A DNA stretch of 63,962 nucleotides, counting the filler, from Reclinomonas americana ATCC 50394 (lineage: Eukaryota): the NCBI GenBank assembly GCA_048213135.1. It is 4 parts of 2 records of this genome, joined end to end, with 100 filler letters (N's around TTAATTAATTAA, not from the genome) between each part and the next. Parts side by side here need not be neighbours in the genome. Positions count along the whole stretch, not along the records: positions 1 to 25,672 come from PS015095.1; positions 25,773 to 51,442 come from PS015095.1; 2 more parts are not named here. One strand, written 5' to 3'. A program made the translations under genes and the position numbers. The notes beneath the pieces were generated by a model. It saw nothing but the letters and a program-made list of their open reading frames with translations, was not told the origin of the DNA and searched no databases. This document shows positions 24,579-37,822 of the stretch, one piece after another. The first letter of the stretch is position 1, and every line of letters starts with the position of its first letter.

Positions 24579-25568
24579 TTACAACAACTCTCGCGACTTG
24601 ATGTCGTCGCGAATGTTGTAGGCCTGCGCAATGACCTTGTTCATGTCGAGGTCGGGCAGGTTGGAGAGGTAGGCCTTGATTTCCGAGTACTCCAGCTCCA
24701 TCAGCGTCTCGTGGCTCATCTCCAGCACCGCCAGACACACGTACTGGTGCAGGTGGAAGAAGGAGCCCTCGGTGGCGCTAAAGTAGGTGTCGAACAGTCG
24801 CAGCACGCCCGACAGCGGCAACTCACGTGTGAGAAGGAACTGGATCCAGTTGGCGGCCCACTCGTTCGCGTACAGCTCCTCGTCCTCAAAGTGCCGATAC
24901 AGCGACGGCTGCGTCGAGCGGAAGAGCATCATGAAGTTGGCCACGCGCTCCGTCAACCGCGAGTCCCCGTGTCCGTAATACACCTTCTTCATGAAGGCAT
25001 CGAAGCAGCAGTGGATATCGGCCTCCTTGGACATGCACCACACAAATGGCGCCAACAAATGGATCGTGTGGCTCGTGAACGGCACGTCGGGATTCGAGTT
25101 GAAAAACGCCGTGAGCAGGTGCTCGACTTTGGTGCGCACACTCGCCCTAGTACCGCGTAGAATGAAAAAGGCATGAGCACACAGACACACCACATGGTTC
25201 GCGGAAGAGAGGGAGTGCGCAACTGGTTGAGAAAATCGGCATTGCGATGGGGTTTCGACAACTCCAACTTGGTGCGCTTCGACACCTGTGAGTTGGGCAC
25301 CAACAGCGCCTGATACCCATCACGCAGCGTCTTCACATGCGACAACTCCTCCGCTGCGCGCAGCACAGCACACACAAGTAAGTCTATAACAGGCGACAAC
25401 AACAAACCCTCGAGAATAAACAAACAAAAACAAACACTTGAACGGCGAGGCCACGTGCAACAGGTATCGCCAGGCGCGCCCACGCACACTTGCCGGCAAC
25501 CCGCGTCGTGCCGCTCGCTGCAGCTGCTCCACGTCCACAAACACCTCCGCGTCCAACAAGGCCGTGAC
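24579..25568 (-). CDS. TBC (Rab-GAP fold) domain protein, first exon missing at the contig end
   Basis: LQRAARRGLPASVRGRAWRYLL, P.LYRHFEDEEL, WIQFLLTRELPLSGVLRLFDTYF and YVCLAVL are TBC motifs. Confidence 0.88.
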
Positions 25569-25672
25569 CTGAAACACCACCACAGGCAACAGTTGACACG
25601 TGCTCTTCTTGACACACGCGCACTCAAGAGGAGAGAGCGAGAGAGCACACAGCGCGAGAGAAGTGCGCGCGC

Positions 25673-25772
25673 NNNNNNNNNNNNNNNNNNNNNNNNNNNN
25701 NNNNNNNNNNNNNNNNTTAATTAATTAANNNNNNNNNNNNNNNNNNNNNNNNNNNNNNNNNNNNNNNNNNNN
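25673..25772. other. artificial contig-join spacer
   Basis: Exactly 100 nt: N44-TTAATTAATTAA-N44, giving stops in all six frames. Confidence 0.97.
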
Positions 25773-26503
25773 TCGCGACGATCAGCAGCAGGTGGTGTAC
25801 ATGTCTCACGCCGTTTAATTAACAGCAGGTCCGCATACCTCCTTGGTGCCGGTGCAGCAACAATCGCGATAGCTGGCACCGTTAACGTTGACGGGCGTGT
25901 GCATTTCGAATTCCGACAACACGGCCAACGTTGCAACGGTCTCGGAAAGCATTGAACTTGATTGTTGCTTTGTACCGGAGCATTGGCTACCCGCTCGCCA
26001 ACTATTCTTTCCTCGCAGCGCTAGCACGTACGTGAAAACATGCGTTGTTCGCGATCGAGTCCAGCGGTTCTCTCGGCATCCGCAGTACGCGTTTTGCTGA
26101 TTTCGAGTTGTCTCGTGTTGCTCGGCACACTCTCCACGCATGCCGGTGAGCCGTTTGTTCGCTTCCTCGCAGTCCTTGTGTGATAGAGTAGCCACCTCCT
26201 GCGCGGCGCACTCTCACCGCCGGATGAAAACCGTCTTGTCTTCCTAATCCCAATACCATCCATGTACGTAATATACCATGCGCACGTGAGAGCTCGAGTG
26301 CTGCGTGCATTCACTTGAAGTGATGACACCAGCGTGCAACACACACACACACACTCACACACACACACTCTCTCTCACACACACACATTCGTAGCCTGAA
26401 CACTGCAGGGAGGGGGGGTGTCGTTTCTCCGTCTCTCTCGTTGTCCGCTGCTTTGTTTTGCAACGTTTGTTTTTTGAACTAAAACTCTTTGTTTTCCACG
26501 CAG

Positions 26504-29500
26504 ACGCTCAGTCAACCACTTTTGCCCCTGGCAGCTCCGCGGCACCAGAGGAGTTCCAGATCATCAAGGCCGTGGGTGAAGATGGTGCGTCTCTCTCTCT
26601 GTCTCTGTGTGTGTGTGTGTGTCTCTCTTCTCTCTCTCTCTCNNNNNNNNNNNNNNNNNNNNNNNNNNNNNNNNNNNNNNNNNNNNNNNNNNNNNNNNNN
26701 NNNNNNNNNNNNNNNNNNNNNNNNNNNNNNNNNNNNNNNNNNNNNNNNNNNNNNNNNNNNNNNNNNNNNNNNNNNNNNNNNNNNNNNNNNNNNNNNNNNN
26801 NNNNNNNNNNNNNNNNNNNNNNNNNNNNNNNNNCCCTCTTCATCTTCTGTTTCTTCGTTCCTTGTTGCTCTTAATCGTACCACACATGTACACTGTCTCA
26901 CTCTCATTATGAACGCAGACCTCGATACCTCCTCCCCGACCGGCTCACAGTCGGCCATCTGGGTCAACTGGACGACCCCCGTCAACCAGGGCAACTCGCC
27001 GCCTTCTGAATTCGGTGTCGATGTGACCGGCACTGATGGCACCACCAAGTACACTGTTGCGTCATCTCTGCCTCTCCCTCTCCCTCTCCCTCTCCTCTGC
27101 TCACCCTCTCCTCTCCCCTCCACCAACAGTGCTCGTCGGTCAACGCCATTGCGGCCAACGGCGGACCGGCCTCTGGCGGCGCCGGCTGCTACGGCATGAT
27201 TCTGCGCTACTTTGACCAGAACATCCAGGAGGGCGTGCAGTACACCATCGCCGTTGCGTCCTTTGTCTCTCTCCTCCTTCCCTCCCTCCCCTCCCCACTC
27301 ATCTCATCGCACAGGCCTACTCAGTCAACGCGTACGGCGAGGGCGCGCGCACATCGTCGCAGACTGTCACAGTGCCGCTCGCTGGCACTCCGCGTCAGCC
27401 GACTGACCTGGCCATCAGTTACACGTCGGCCACCTCGTTTGTGCTGTCGTTCTACCCGCCGATCAAGCTCGGCCAGACCGGCGCCACGGGCTCTGGCAAC
27501 GTGGCCAACTTCAACCAGCTGCAGACTCCGTTCTTCCAGGTGCAGATCCGCAGCTCGACGGGCAGCTCGCTGACCGCCTGGACTCCGGTGACCTTCTACA
27601 CTGAGACCACCAACGGCAACAACGCCAATGCGGCCATCAACCCGTTCAGCAACACATACAACGTGCCGTTCTCGCAGCAGACGTGCGTGGTGTCGGGCAC
27701 TGGTGCCACTGCCTCGTCCAGCATCCTGCAGCCGAGCACTGGCTACGTGGTGCGAGTGCGTGCTGTGGGCCAGTGGGGCTTTGGACCGTGGAGCACTGTT
27801 GCGTCTTTTGTCTTTGTGTGATTTTGTGTGTACTATGTGCAGCAGCTTGCTTACATCACATTTCTCTCCTCTTCTCGCAGACCGCCACGGTGACCACCCA
27901 GGACGGCAAGCAGTCTCCGGGCAAGGTCGGTCTGCCGACCATCGTGGCTCCTGCCTCGAATGGCGGCCTCATTTCCTGGACTTCGCCTCAGGTGACTGGC
28001 GGTGTCATCTCTGGCTGGAAGGTGGAGACTGCGGCATTGAGCAACGGCGGTGCGCTGTACAACGCCTTCTCGACGCCCACTGGCACGCCCGCGACTGACA
28101 CAGCCTTTGGCCGTGTGTCTGGCGGCCACATCCTCATCTCGGCGCTGCCGACGACTCAGAACGGTGCCGCGATCACCACGTACCGCGTACGTGTGCTGGC
28201 GCAGAACGCCAATGGCGACGGCACTGCCGCTCTCGACACTGCTTCGCAGCGGACTCTCACCCTCAGCGCTGCTGCCAACCCGACTATTGCTGCCCCGACT
28301 CTGGTGGCTTGCTGGTCGGTGACTGGTGGCACCACCGTCAACTGCCTGGCCAACACGACTGCTGCCACTGTGATTGGTAACGGTGGCTTTGGTGCGACTC
28401 CATACACTTTCGGCGCCAATTTCGTCGCGGGTGCCACCGGCACCATTTCGATGGGCCCGAGCGACCTCACTGGTACTATGACGTTCAACGCCACTGCTGA
28501 TGGCGTTGTGAACCTTGTGGTGACGAACGCCACCAGTGGAACAGCCAACGGCGCAGTCGCGTTCATTACCTCTCTTGCCAAGACTGTTCCCACCAACGCC
28601 GTCTGGTTCAGCCGCTCTGGCACTGCCGTCACCAACGCTACCGCCTTTGTTACCGTCGGCAACAACTTTGTGGTGATGAATGTCGGCTCGCCGACTCAGC
28701 GTGGCGTGGTGGCGACTGCCGCCACTGGCACTGGTGTTGGTGGCGTGAATGCCATTTCCTTTGTCGCCGGCACCAGTGTCGCGATCAACGGTGCGGCTGT
28801 GGCTGCCGCTGACTTTGCTTTTTTGGACGGCACCACCACGGCGACAGCTCTGTCCGCTTCCAAGTTTATCGTGGCCATCCGTGGCACTACCCCTGCTGTG
28901 AACACCACGTTTGGCGTTAGCTACACCCTGGTCAACTCCGGCACTCCTGTGTCACTGTACTGCTGCACCGCCAACGCCAACACGTCCGACGCGGCTGCTG
29001 GCGGTATGGTTATTTTGAGGCAGAACAACGCGACAGGCACTGGTTACAGCAAGTACTACAGTGGTTGCGCTACTACTGCCGCCACCGGCACTGGAACAAA
29101 CCTGACACTGGAAGTTATGGTAAACGCCGCTGGCTCCGTCTCTACTGTTTGGATCACCACGGGACAGGCTGGTGCCGGTTATAACGCCGGTGACACAGTC
29201 CGCGTGACTGGTCCGTGCACCGGTCTCCACGGCAACCCCCCATTTCCGACCCCGGCAATCGGGAACCAGGCTATTGTCACAATTGCCACCGTTACAGGAG
29301 GAGCTGCAGCTACCGTTAACTCACCAGCGGGCACACCCGGATCCGGATATGGCGTCGCGAGCTTCTTCAGCGGTGTAGGCCTCAATGGCGGCTCCGGCCA
29401 CTCTGCCTCGGGCGACCTGACAGTGAGCGCAACAGGCGTTGCGACTCTTGTGCTGAGTGGTGCTGGCTTTAGTTACGCGATCGGCGACAACAACATCGGC

Positions 29501-32500
29501 CTGGTCCACCCATTAGCCCTTCTTGCTGGTGTTTCCTGGACGGGCACTGTGACAATGACCAGTAGTTCAGCGGTCACTGGCTCCGGCGCCGGCAGCAATG
29601 CTGGTGCCCTCACCGCCGCCGCCTCCATCACCGTCATCGACATCACCGACACGGCGCTGACCTTCGTCATCACCCTGACCGCCGGCGGTCAGTACGTTGC
29701 CAAACAGGCCAATGTCAACGCCTCGTCGGCTGCCAGTTCCTACCAGTTCACCGCCACTGGCACTGCCAACGTGCGCGGTGTCGCCGTCGCCACGGGCCTC
29801 ACCACCACCGCCAACAGCAACCAGCTCGCCACTGCTCACCTCGACGCCTGGCAGGTCACCCTCTCTGGCCTCCTCCCCGGTCGCCAGTACTTCCCGCAGG
29901 TGTCCTTTTCGGTCACCAACGGCGCCAGCACCAACGCTTCTGTTGCCGCGTCGCCGACTGCAGGTGGCCCCAACTTCTACACCGCCACCAGTTGCGCACC
30001 TCTCGCTCTCTCCCGCTCTCTTGCCAATGGTGAGCTCACAGTCCCTTCTCCGACAAACAGCCCGCCCTCCGGCCGCCACTGCCGGCTCCAACGCCATCTA
30101 CTACATTGGCAGCACCCAGGCCACCATCTGGCTGCAGCTGCCGACTGACCTCGTCGGCCAGGGCGGTCTCTCCTCCAACTCTGCCGTCGGTGCCACTGCC
30201 AGCACCTTCCAGGACATTGACACCACCATCACCGTGCTGCAGACCACCAACTTCGCCACCGGCACCACTGCCTACCGCGCGTTCTTGGTCGGCGACGCTG
30301 GCCCCACCACTGTCACCAAGACCAACATCTCGTCCAACGCGTGGCGCGGTGTGACTCTGGCCACTCTTGCGGCCGCCAACGCCACCACTGGCCAAGGCTA
30401 CTCCATCAACGTGTGGACTGAGTCGCAGGTGAACCGCTCGACTGCGCCGTGGAGCGGCACTCTGACCACCAGCGGCTCGGATGCCACCAAGGTGTCGACT
30501 GCGGCGCCGACGCTGTCGTCCAACCTGCGCTACGTCACGTCGACCTCGGCGTGGGTGGAGTGGGAGGGTGTGGCGGCCAATGTGGGTGTCATCAACGGAG
30601 CCACGTGGTATGTCAAGTCGGACTGCGGCAGCGGTGCAGTGACTGTGGCCACCACCATTGCCGATCTGACCGACTTCAACATCCCGGTCGGCAGCTCTGG
30701 TGTGTCGCGCAACCGCGTGCTCGTCAAGGTCACTGGTCTGACTGGCACCAGCTGCGCCATCTCGGCCGCCTACAACAACGGTAGCGGCACTCCGGGTGCC
30801 AACGGTGCCAGCCTGACCTTCTCGTCGCCCCAGACGGTGACTCTGGCGTCGGGTGCGCCGGCCACGCCGACTGGCTACACTGTGTCTCCGTACACTGGCT
30901 CTGTGGACCAGGTCACTTCGACGTCGTTTGTCGTCGCCTTCAACTACCCGGCCACCTTTGGCACTGGCGACACTACCGCTGCGCCGACTGCCGCCTACAC
31001 GGTGACCAACGCCAGCACTGACCAGCCTGCCATCACCACCGGCGCGACTGGCAACGGAAACATCGCCACCTCGTTCTTCGGCCTGTTCTCGTACAACTCT
31101 GGCGTCTACCAGCAGATCACCGGCTTCACTGTGGGCGGCACCGCCAACAACTTTGTGGCTGCCACTCAGTACACGACCAAGATCCGCGTCACTGTGAACA
31201 ACAACACCACTGCCTCGGCGGCCGGCTCAATCCAGGCCACCACCGACAACAACGGCTCTGTGCCGGCTGCGCCCACTGGTGTGGCGTACTCGCGCCTGTT
31301 CTCGACTGGCGTGCGCCTCAACTTCTCGACTCCGATCAGCGTCGGTGGCTCCAACACTGCCACCTCGAGCGCCACACAGAGCAACCTGACCACCCCGACT
31401 CCGAACTTGAGCGCCTACCGTGTGGTGTACTCGACCACCAGCGCCTCGTCGGTAACCGCTGTATCCGGCACTGCCGTGAACATTGACACCAGCTCCATCC
31501 CGTCCACCAACGGCAGCGGTGCTGCGGCGTCGTGGAGCAACAACCTGTCGACCTACTACATTGACGTGACTGGCCTGCCGGCTGGCACCTCGGTCAACCT
31601 GCAGATCTGCGCCAGCAACCAGTTCTCGATTGCCTTCCCGACGTCGCCCTTCAACCCGGCTGGCACTGCCGCCAACCCGGTGACGTGCGTGTTCAGCGCT
31701 GCGATCAACTTCACCACTCCGGCTGCCACCGGTGTCGTGCCGAACCCGCCGACCAACCTGGCGGTGACACAGTACGGCCTCACCAACATCTTCCTGCAGT
31801 GGACGATTCCGCAGATCTTTGGCTCGGACGCGGTGACGGTGTTCACGATCTTCCGCGGCCAGGGCAGCGCGACCCCGGTGTCTGTGGGCACGGTGACCCT
31901 GCCGACTGGCTGGGCGCTGACCGCCGCTTACGCTGCCGACACGACGCTGACGGCCAACACGTCGTACACGTACCAGGTGTACGCCACTGCCACGTCGACC
32001 AACTCGACCACGGCTGCTGGTCCGATCACTCAGACCACTCACAACACCAGTTGCGTGGAGGGGAGAAAGGAAAGGGGAAAGAAAGAGGACAGGAGAGGGG
32101 ATAGGGGGAGAGAAACAGGGAACCATCTGCTTTTTTGAATATCAGTATCTCATCCACCACCGCGTCCCTTCTCCCCCACCACACAGATGACGCGCCTATT
32201 GCCCCGGCGGCTCCGACGCTGACTGGTGGTGTGGCCAACTCGGAGGGCGGCTCGACCGGCGGCGTGGGCTTCTCTGGCAACTTCTACCAGGACACCATCA
32301 CCAACATCTCGTGGGCGTCGCCGATTGGCATTGGCGGCACCTCGATCAACGGCTACATTGTGACGCAGAACACCAACAACTGCAACCGTACGTACACGTG
32401 GACGACGCTGACCACCAACTTCAACTTCCCGACCATTCCGGGCAAGTCGTACACCTACGCTGTGCAGGCCACCAACACCCGCTCGGACTCTGGTGTGACC

Positions 32501-34369
32501 TCGACGCAGAACGGTGCTCAGTCGGGCACTCTGTCGCAGATTGCCAACTCGATTGTGCGCCCGTACCCGCTGCCGGCTCTGACCACTGGCGGCTCGGCTG
32601 GCGCGACTGGCTCCGGCTACGCCACCTTCACGCTGTCGACTCCGTCGACTGTGTCGGGCACGCAGTACTCGCTGACCACGTCGGACGGCTTCAACAACTA
32701 TGTCGGCGTGCAGGTGCTGGTGCAGAACCTGACCAACGTCACCTCGACCACCTTTGTGCCGGACACGTTTGTGAACCAGATTGTCGGCTCATTCGGCTCG
32801 ACCACCACGACGCTGCTGGTGAATGGCCTCACCTCCAACACCAAGTACCGCATTGGCGTGGCGTCGTTTAACGGCTACCAGACTGCCTCGTCTGCGTCGG
32901 TCATCACCATCACCACGGCCACGTCGCCGCAGCGCCCGGGCGGCATCACGTCGCTGTCGTCGAATCTGCTGCTCAAGCGCTCAACCTCGATCTGGCTCAG
33001 CTGGGGACAGCCACAGGAGACTGGCGGCCAGGGCTTCGTGAACCAGTGGCAGGTGTCGTGGCGCGCGGCTACGGCCAGCACGCTGACGCAGAACACCACC
33101 TCGGTGCAGCAGGCCGTGATCCGCGGCCTCACCGACGCCACCAACTACTTCATCGATGTGCGCGGCATCAATGGCATTGGCACGTCGACCACTCAGGCCA
33201 TCTTTGGCGACGGTATCCTCGGCAACGGCCTCAACAACAACGTGCTGACGGGCCAGGTGCCGAACGACCAGACCAACTTTGCGGTGACCAGCAACACTGG
33301 CACGGCGATTGCGTTCTCTTGGACGACTGCCACTGGCGCGTCGACTGCCATCTCTGGTCAGTCGCTGACTGGTGCGTCGGGCACGACTGCGTCGAACCCG
33401 GCGGTGGCGGTGGGTGCCACCGACACCACGGCGTCTGTGACGGTGGTGAACGGCAACTTCTACCGCTTCTTCCTGAACGCGACCAACTCGATTGGCACGG
33501 GCAACAACTCGCTGTCGATCTACATCCAGGCGTCGCCGGTGACCACGACTGGCATTGTGCCGGCTGCTGGCACCCCGTCGCTGGACTTCTACGCCGCCAA
33601 CGAGTACCGCGTGTCGTGGACTGCGGTGGGCTCGGGCACGACTGCGGCCACCACCTACTACCTGGTGTACTGGCAGTGGACGACCCGCTTCCTGGCGTCG
33701 ACTGGCAATCCGGCTGCGGCTGACGGCCTGGGCATGAACACTGCTGTGCTCGGCAGCGGCACCAATCCGGCGGTGGCAGGCACTTGCGTGCAGCTGTTCC
33801 ATACCATCAAGCCGTCGTCGCGCTACCGCATGGTGCTGATTGGCGGCAATGCAGTGGGCCTCGGGCAGGGCTCACACGGCGCAGTGGACAACAACATTGG
33901 CACGCCGACTTACGGTTCGCTGTCGCAGACGGCTCAACCTGCGGCACCGTCGGCTCCGACTCAAGGGCCGACCACGTACACATCGATGAGCATCAACTTC
34001 TCAACGCCTGTATACACTGGTCTGGCACCGATTACGACGTACATGATTCAGACGTTCCCGGAGAACGGTGGCAATGTGCTTGTTGGCTACAAGAAAGCTG
34101 CCGACTCGACGTCGTCAGTGTCGTCGTCGTCGTCGTCGTCGTCGTCATTGTCGTCGTCGCGCGCCAACTACACGTTTGTCCAGGCCAACCTGCAGCCTGG
34201 CACGACGTACGTGGTGAATGTGCGCGCCATCAACTCGTTTGGCCAGTCGATTCCGTCGGCCAACCTGCGTGTGTCGACGACCGGTGGTGCTGGTTTCGCG
34301 GCGACCTCGTCGCTGTGGACTGTGTTTATGGCGATTGGTGCTGTTGTGGCCATGGCGTTTGCGTTGTAA
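26504..34369 (+). CDS. very large fibronectin type III repeat surface glycoprotein (more than 2000 aa), T/S/A/G/N-rich, with a hydrophobic C-terminus (GPI-signal or TM-like)
   Basis: Long exons with strong codon bias. FN3 signatures: LQPSTGYVVRVRAVGQWG, GLLPGRQY, PNPPTNLAV...LQWT.P, GLTSNTKYRIGVASFNG, NLQPGTTYVVNVRAINSFG. It ends GGAGFAATSSLWTVFMAIGAVVAMAFAL*. The first (signal peptide) exon was not located. Confidence 0.88.
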
Positions 34370-34593
34370 TTGAGAGGCCTAGCTATAGGCGTCGGAGATG
34401 CGGACCCGGTGACTTGTATTCATTGTTTCCCGGTTGTCTGCGTCTCTTTTTCGGGTTCCATGAATGGGCATTTGTAAATAAACACCTGCGTTTTGTATGT
34501 CCATGGCCAGGCTCATCACCGTCGCGTCGCTGTCGCGTCACATGCCGACGGACAATTCTCGGCTTGGCTGTCGCGTCTTGGCTTTTTTGTGCA

Positions 34594-35048
34594 ATGGGCG
34601 CGAGGACCAGCAGTGCTGGCAGCGCGCAGGCGCAGATCACACCGGGGTTCCAGGTGGCAGAGGGCCTGGTGCAAAACATTCTGCTCGGGGCCATCTTCCT
34701 GGCCGTGTGTTTTGGATTCTTCGGCCTGGTGTCGGGCGCTGTTATTGCCGTCGTGCTCTCGTTCATCTCCATGTTCCTGGTGACCAAGGTGCAGACAAGC
34801 TTCGCGCAGTCCATCCAACAGGGGTTAGCAAAGTGAGAGAGTGCGTGTGGCAATGAACACGTCACGTGTTTCTCCTCAAGGCGGATGTTCTGTCTGTCTG
34901 CGCGCTGCTTCGGTTCAGTGAGTGCATGCCTCACAGGTTCCTCTTCGCCTCTCTCCTTCATGTCTGCCAGCAGCCGCACAACGATCAACGCAGCACGATG
35001 TGGAAGAACGATTTCAAAAATAACATCCTCGCAAACGCCCTTGGTTAA
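34594..35048 (+). CDS. small membrane protein (two hydrophobic helices), tentative
   Basis: NILLGAIFLAVCFGFFGLVSGAVIAVVLSFISMFLV. It either stops at 34836 or continues through two short introns to TAA at 35048. Confidence 0.45.
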
Positions 35049-35174
35049 CTGCAGGCATCAATCAGCTCCACTCAGCAGCACCCTCATCGACAGCCTCCTT
35101 GTGTTTTGTAATGAGGTCTGCCGTCTGAGCGTGTCCGGGAGGCGTCCGCCGCATCGCACTTGTCAACATCTCCA

Positions 35175-37779
35175 ATGAGCGATCCTGCGTGGTACACTCG
35201 CGGCATTGTGCTGTACGAGTGCTACGTACGTGCGTTCTACGACTCCAACGGCGATGGGCACGGCGATCTGGTTCGTGTGCGCACGCACAGGTGCATGTCT
35301 CTCCTTCCTCTTGCATGACATGCATGCATGCATGCACGCAGCGTGGTTTGGAGGCCAAGCTGGATCATATTGAGTCGCTGGGCGTGGATGTCATCTGGCT
35401 GCTACCGACGTACCCGTCGCCATTGTACGACGACGGCTACGATGTGGCGGATTACACACAGGTGTTGCCTGCGTATGGCACTGTCGATGACTTGATCGCT
35501 CTGGTCAAAGCTGGTGAGTGTGTGTGCCACAGCAGGCACTGGGAGCTCTCCTCTCTTCTTTTCTCCTCATCTGTGCATGCAGTGCATGCACGCGGCATGC
35601 GTCTGATCATGGATTTCATTCCGAACCACTGCTCCGATCAGCATCCGTGGTTCCAGGCTTCGCGCACTGGTCTTTACCGACAGCTGTCGTGTGCGTGTGT
35701 GTAACTACACAGTGACTGACACTGACTGGCTGGAGTGCAGATCCCACGGGCCCGTACGGCGACTACTTTGTGTGGTCCGACACGCCCGATCGCTACGCCG
35801 GTGTGCCTGTGATCTTTTGCGACACGTACTCCACCAACTGGGTGCGTGTGTGGTGGAGGCGGTGCCAGCGAGTGTGTTGTTGCTTGAGTGCTCATGCTGT
35901 TCGCAGTCGTTTGATGAAGTGCGCGGTCAGTACTACTGGCATCGATTCTTCCACACGCAGCCGGATCTCAAGTGCGCTCCCGCTTTTCCGTCCCCGTCGT
36001 GTGCTCCCTGACTGTCCCTCACTCCGCGGTGTCACAGCTACGACAATCCCAAGGTGCACCAGGAGATGCTGGACGTGATGCGCTTCTGGCTCAGCAAGGG
36101 CGTCGACGGCTTCCGTGTCGACGCCGTTCCCGTTGCGTGATTGTTTTCTTCTCTCAGGCCTTCCTGCACTCTCTCTCGCTCACCTCCTATGTCCCTCCTC
36201 CTCCCCACGTCCTTCATCCTCTCATCCTTTCTCCTCCCCTTGTCCTTCCTCACCTCCGTTTCCCGCAGTACCTGTATCAGCGCGAAGGCACGCTGTGTGA
36301 GAACTTGCCGGAGACGCATGCGTTCATCAAGAAGATGCGTCGCGTGGTGGAGGAGGAGTTTGGCGGCGATCGCCTGCTGCTCTCGGAGGCCAACATGTGG
36401 CCCGAGGAACTGATTCCGTACTTTGGCGAGAGCGACGAGTTCCAGATGTGCTTCAACTTCCCCCTCATGCCACGCTTCTACATGGCGCTGAAGAAGGGCG
36501 TCGGCCACGACTTGGTGTCCATTGTCAAGCGCACTCCTCCGCTTCCCGCCGGCTGCTCGTTGTGCACGTTTTTGCGCAATCATGTTGCGAGCTTGTTTCT
36601 CTTCGTGTGTGTGTGGTCAAGATCTGCTGACACGGCGTGTAGGATGAACTGGCACTGGCCGGCATGGTCACCGACGAGGAGCGCGAGTGGATGTGGCAGC
36701 AGTACGCACCGGAGCCGCGCATGAAGCTGCACAAGGGCATTCGCCGTCGCCTCGCGCCGCTGGTGAGAATTGTGCAGTCCTCCTCCCCCTTGGCCCTGCG
36801 CACTGACCAGCACTCTCTCATCCTTTAGCTCGACGGCGATGCTCGCAAGATCAAGCTCGCTCACGAGCTGGTACGTGGCTGCTGCACCATCCTGCTCTCT
36901 TCGTCTCGTGTTGTGACCCGAATCGACAGCTGTTTTCTCTGCCCGGGTCACCGATCATCTATTACGGCGATGAGATCGGCATGGGCGACAACATCTGGCT
37001 GGAGGACCGTCATGGTGTGCGCACCCCGATGCAATGGTACTGTGGGATCCTGCTGTCCGCTCACACACACAGCTGTCGTCTCACTCGCCGCGCAACGCAG
37101 GGACGGCGAAAAAGCGAATGCAGGTTTTTCCGACGCCCCCGCCGACAAGCTGTACTGCCAGGTGGTGGCCAGTCCGCAGTTTGGTGCAAGCCGGTGAGTC
37201 AGTCCCACACCACTGCCGCAGAACACGGCATCTCACCCTCCTCTGTGTTGCGCACGCAGTGTGTCCGTGGCAGCCGCCGAAGCGGATCCGGACAGCATTC
37301 TGCACGCGATACGCAAGCTCATCACCGTGCGCAAGCAGCACAAGGCGTTTGCCCGTGGGCAGTGCGCGTGGCCGAACGTCGAGTTGCGTGCTGTCTCCTC
37401 GGTGTTTTTGGGCGCAACCTCTTCTGACGCACGACACTACTGCAGCAACGAAGCCGTGCTGGTGTGCGTCCGCTCCACCGACGACGACGCCGTACTGGTG
37501 CTGTCCAACTTGACCGACGCCACGCAAGCCGTGTCCATTGAGGTACATTACCTCTTCAGCCACCCTCTGCACACCACTCATATCTTTCCTGCGTCGATCC
37601 AGTTGTCCTCGCTGCACTCGTCCGTGTCTGCCGAACACCCGCTGATCGTGGAAGCCGGCGTGCACTTCGCCGATCTGCTCCCCACCTCCAGCCCACCAAT
37701 CTCCATCCACGAGAGCGCCGCACTCACAGCCGAACTGGCGCCCTTTGAGTACCGCTGGGTGGCTCTCCCGCGCACTTGA
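35175..37779 (+). CDS. treS: trehalose synthase / maltose alpha-D-glucosyltransferase (GH13 TreS type, 14 exons)
   Basis: Spliced motifs: [131 protein letters not shown]. The catalytic D/E/D residues are intact. Confidence 0.93.
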
Positions 37780-37822
37780 GGAGTCATCATCGCCCGTCCC
37801 GTCAATACACCGCTCCTCAATC

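Noticed and set aside
25717-25728. TTAATTAATTAA palindrome recurring three times (also at about 51487 and 59907)
   Set aside because: Always centred in exactly 100 nt of N padding. It is an artificial six-frame-stop linker, so gene adjacency across these points is meaningless.
27056-32187. GTTGCG introns as copies of an introner transposon
   Set aside because: Beyond the first 6-7 nt the intron bodies are unrelated in sequence and length, with no terminal inverted repeats or consistent target duplications.
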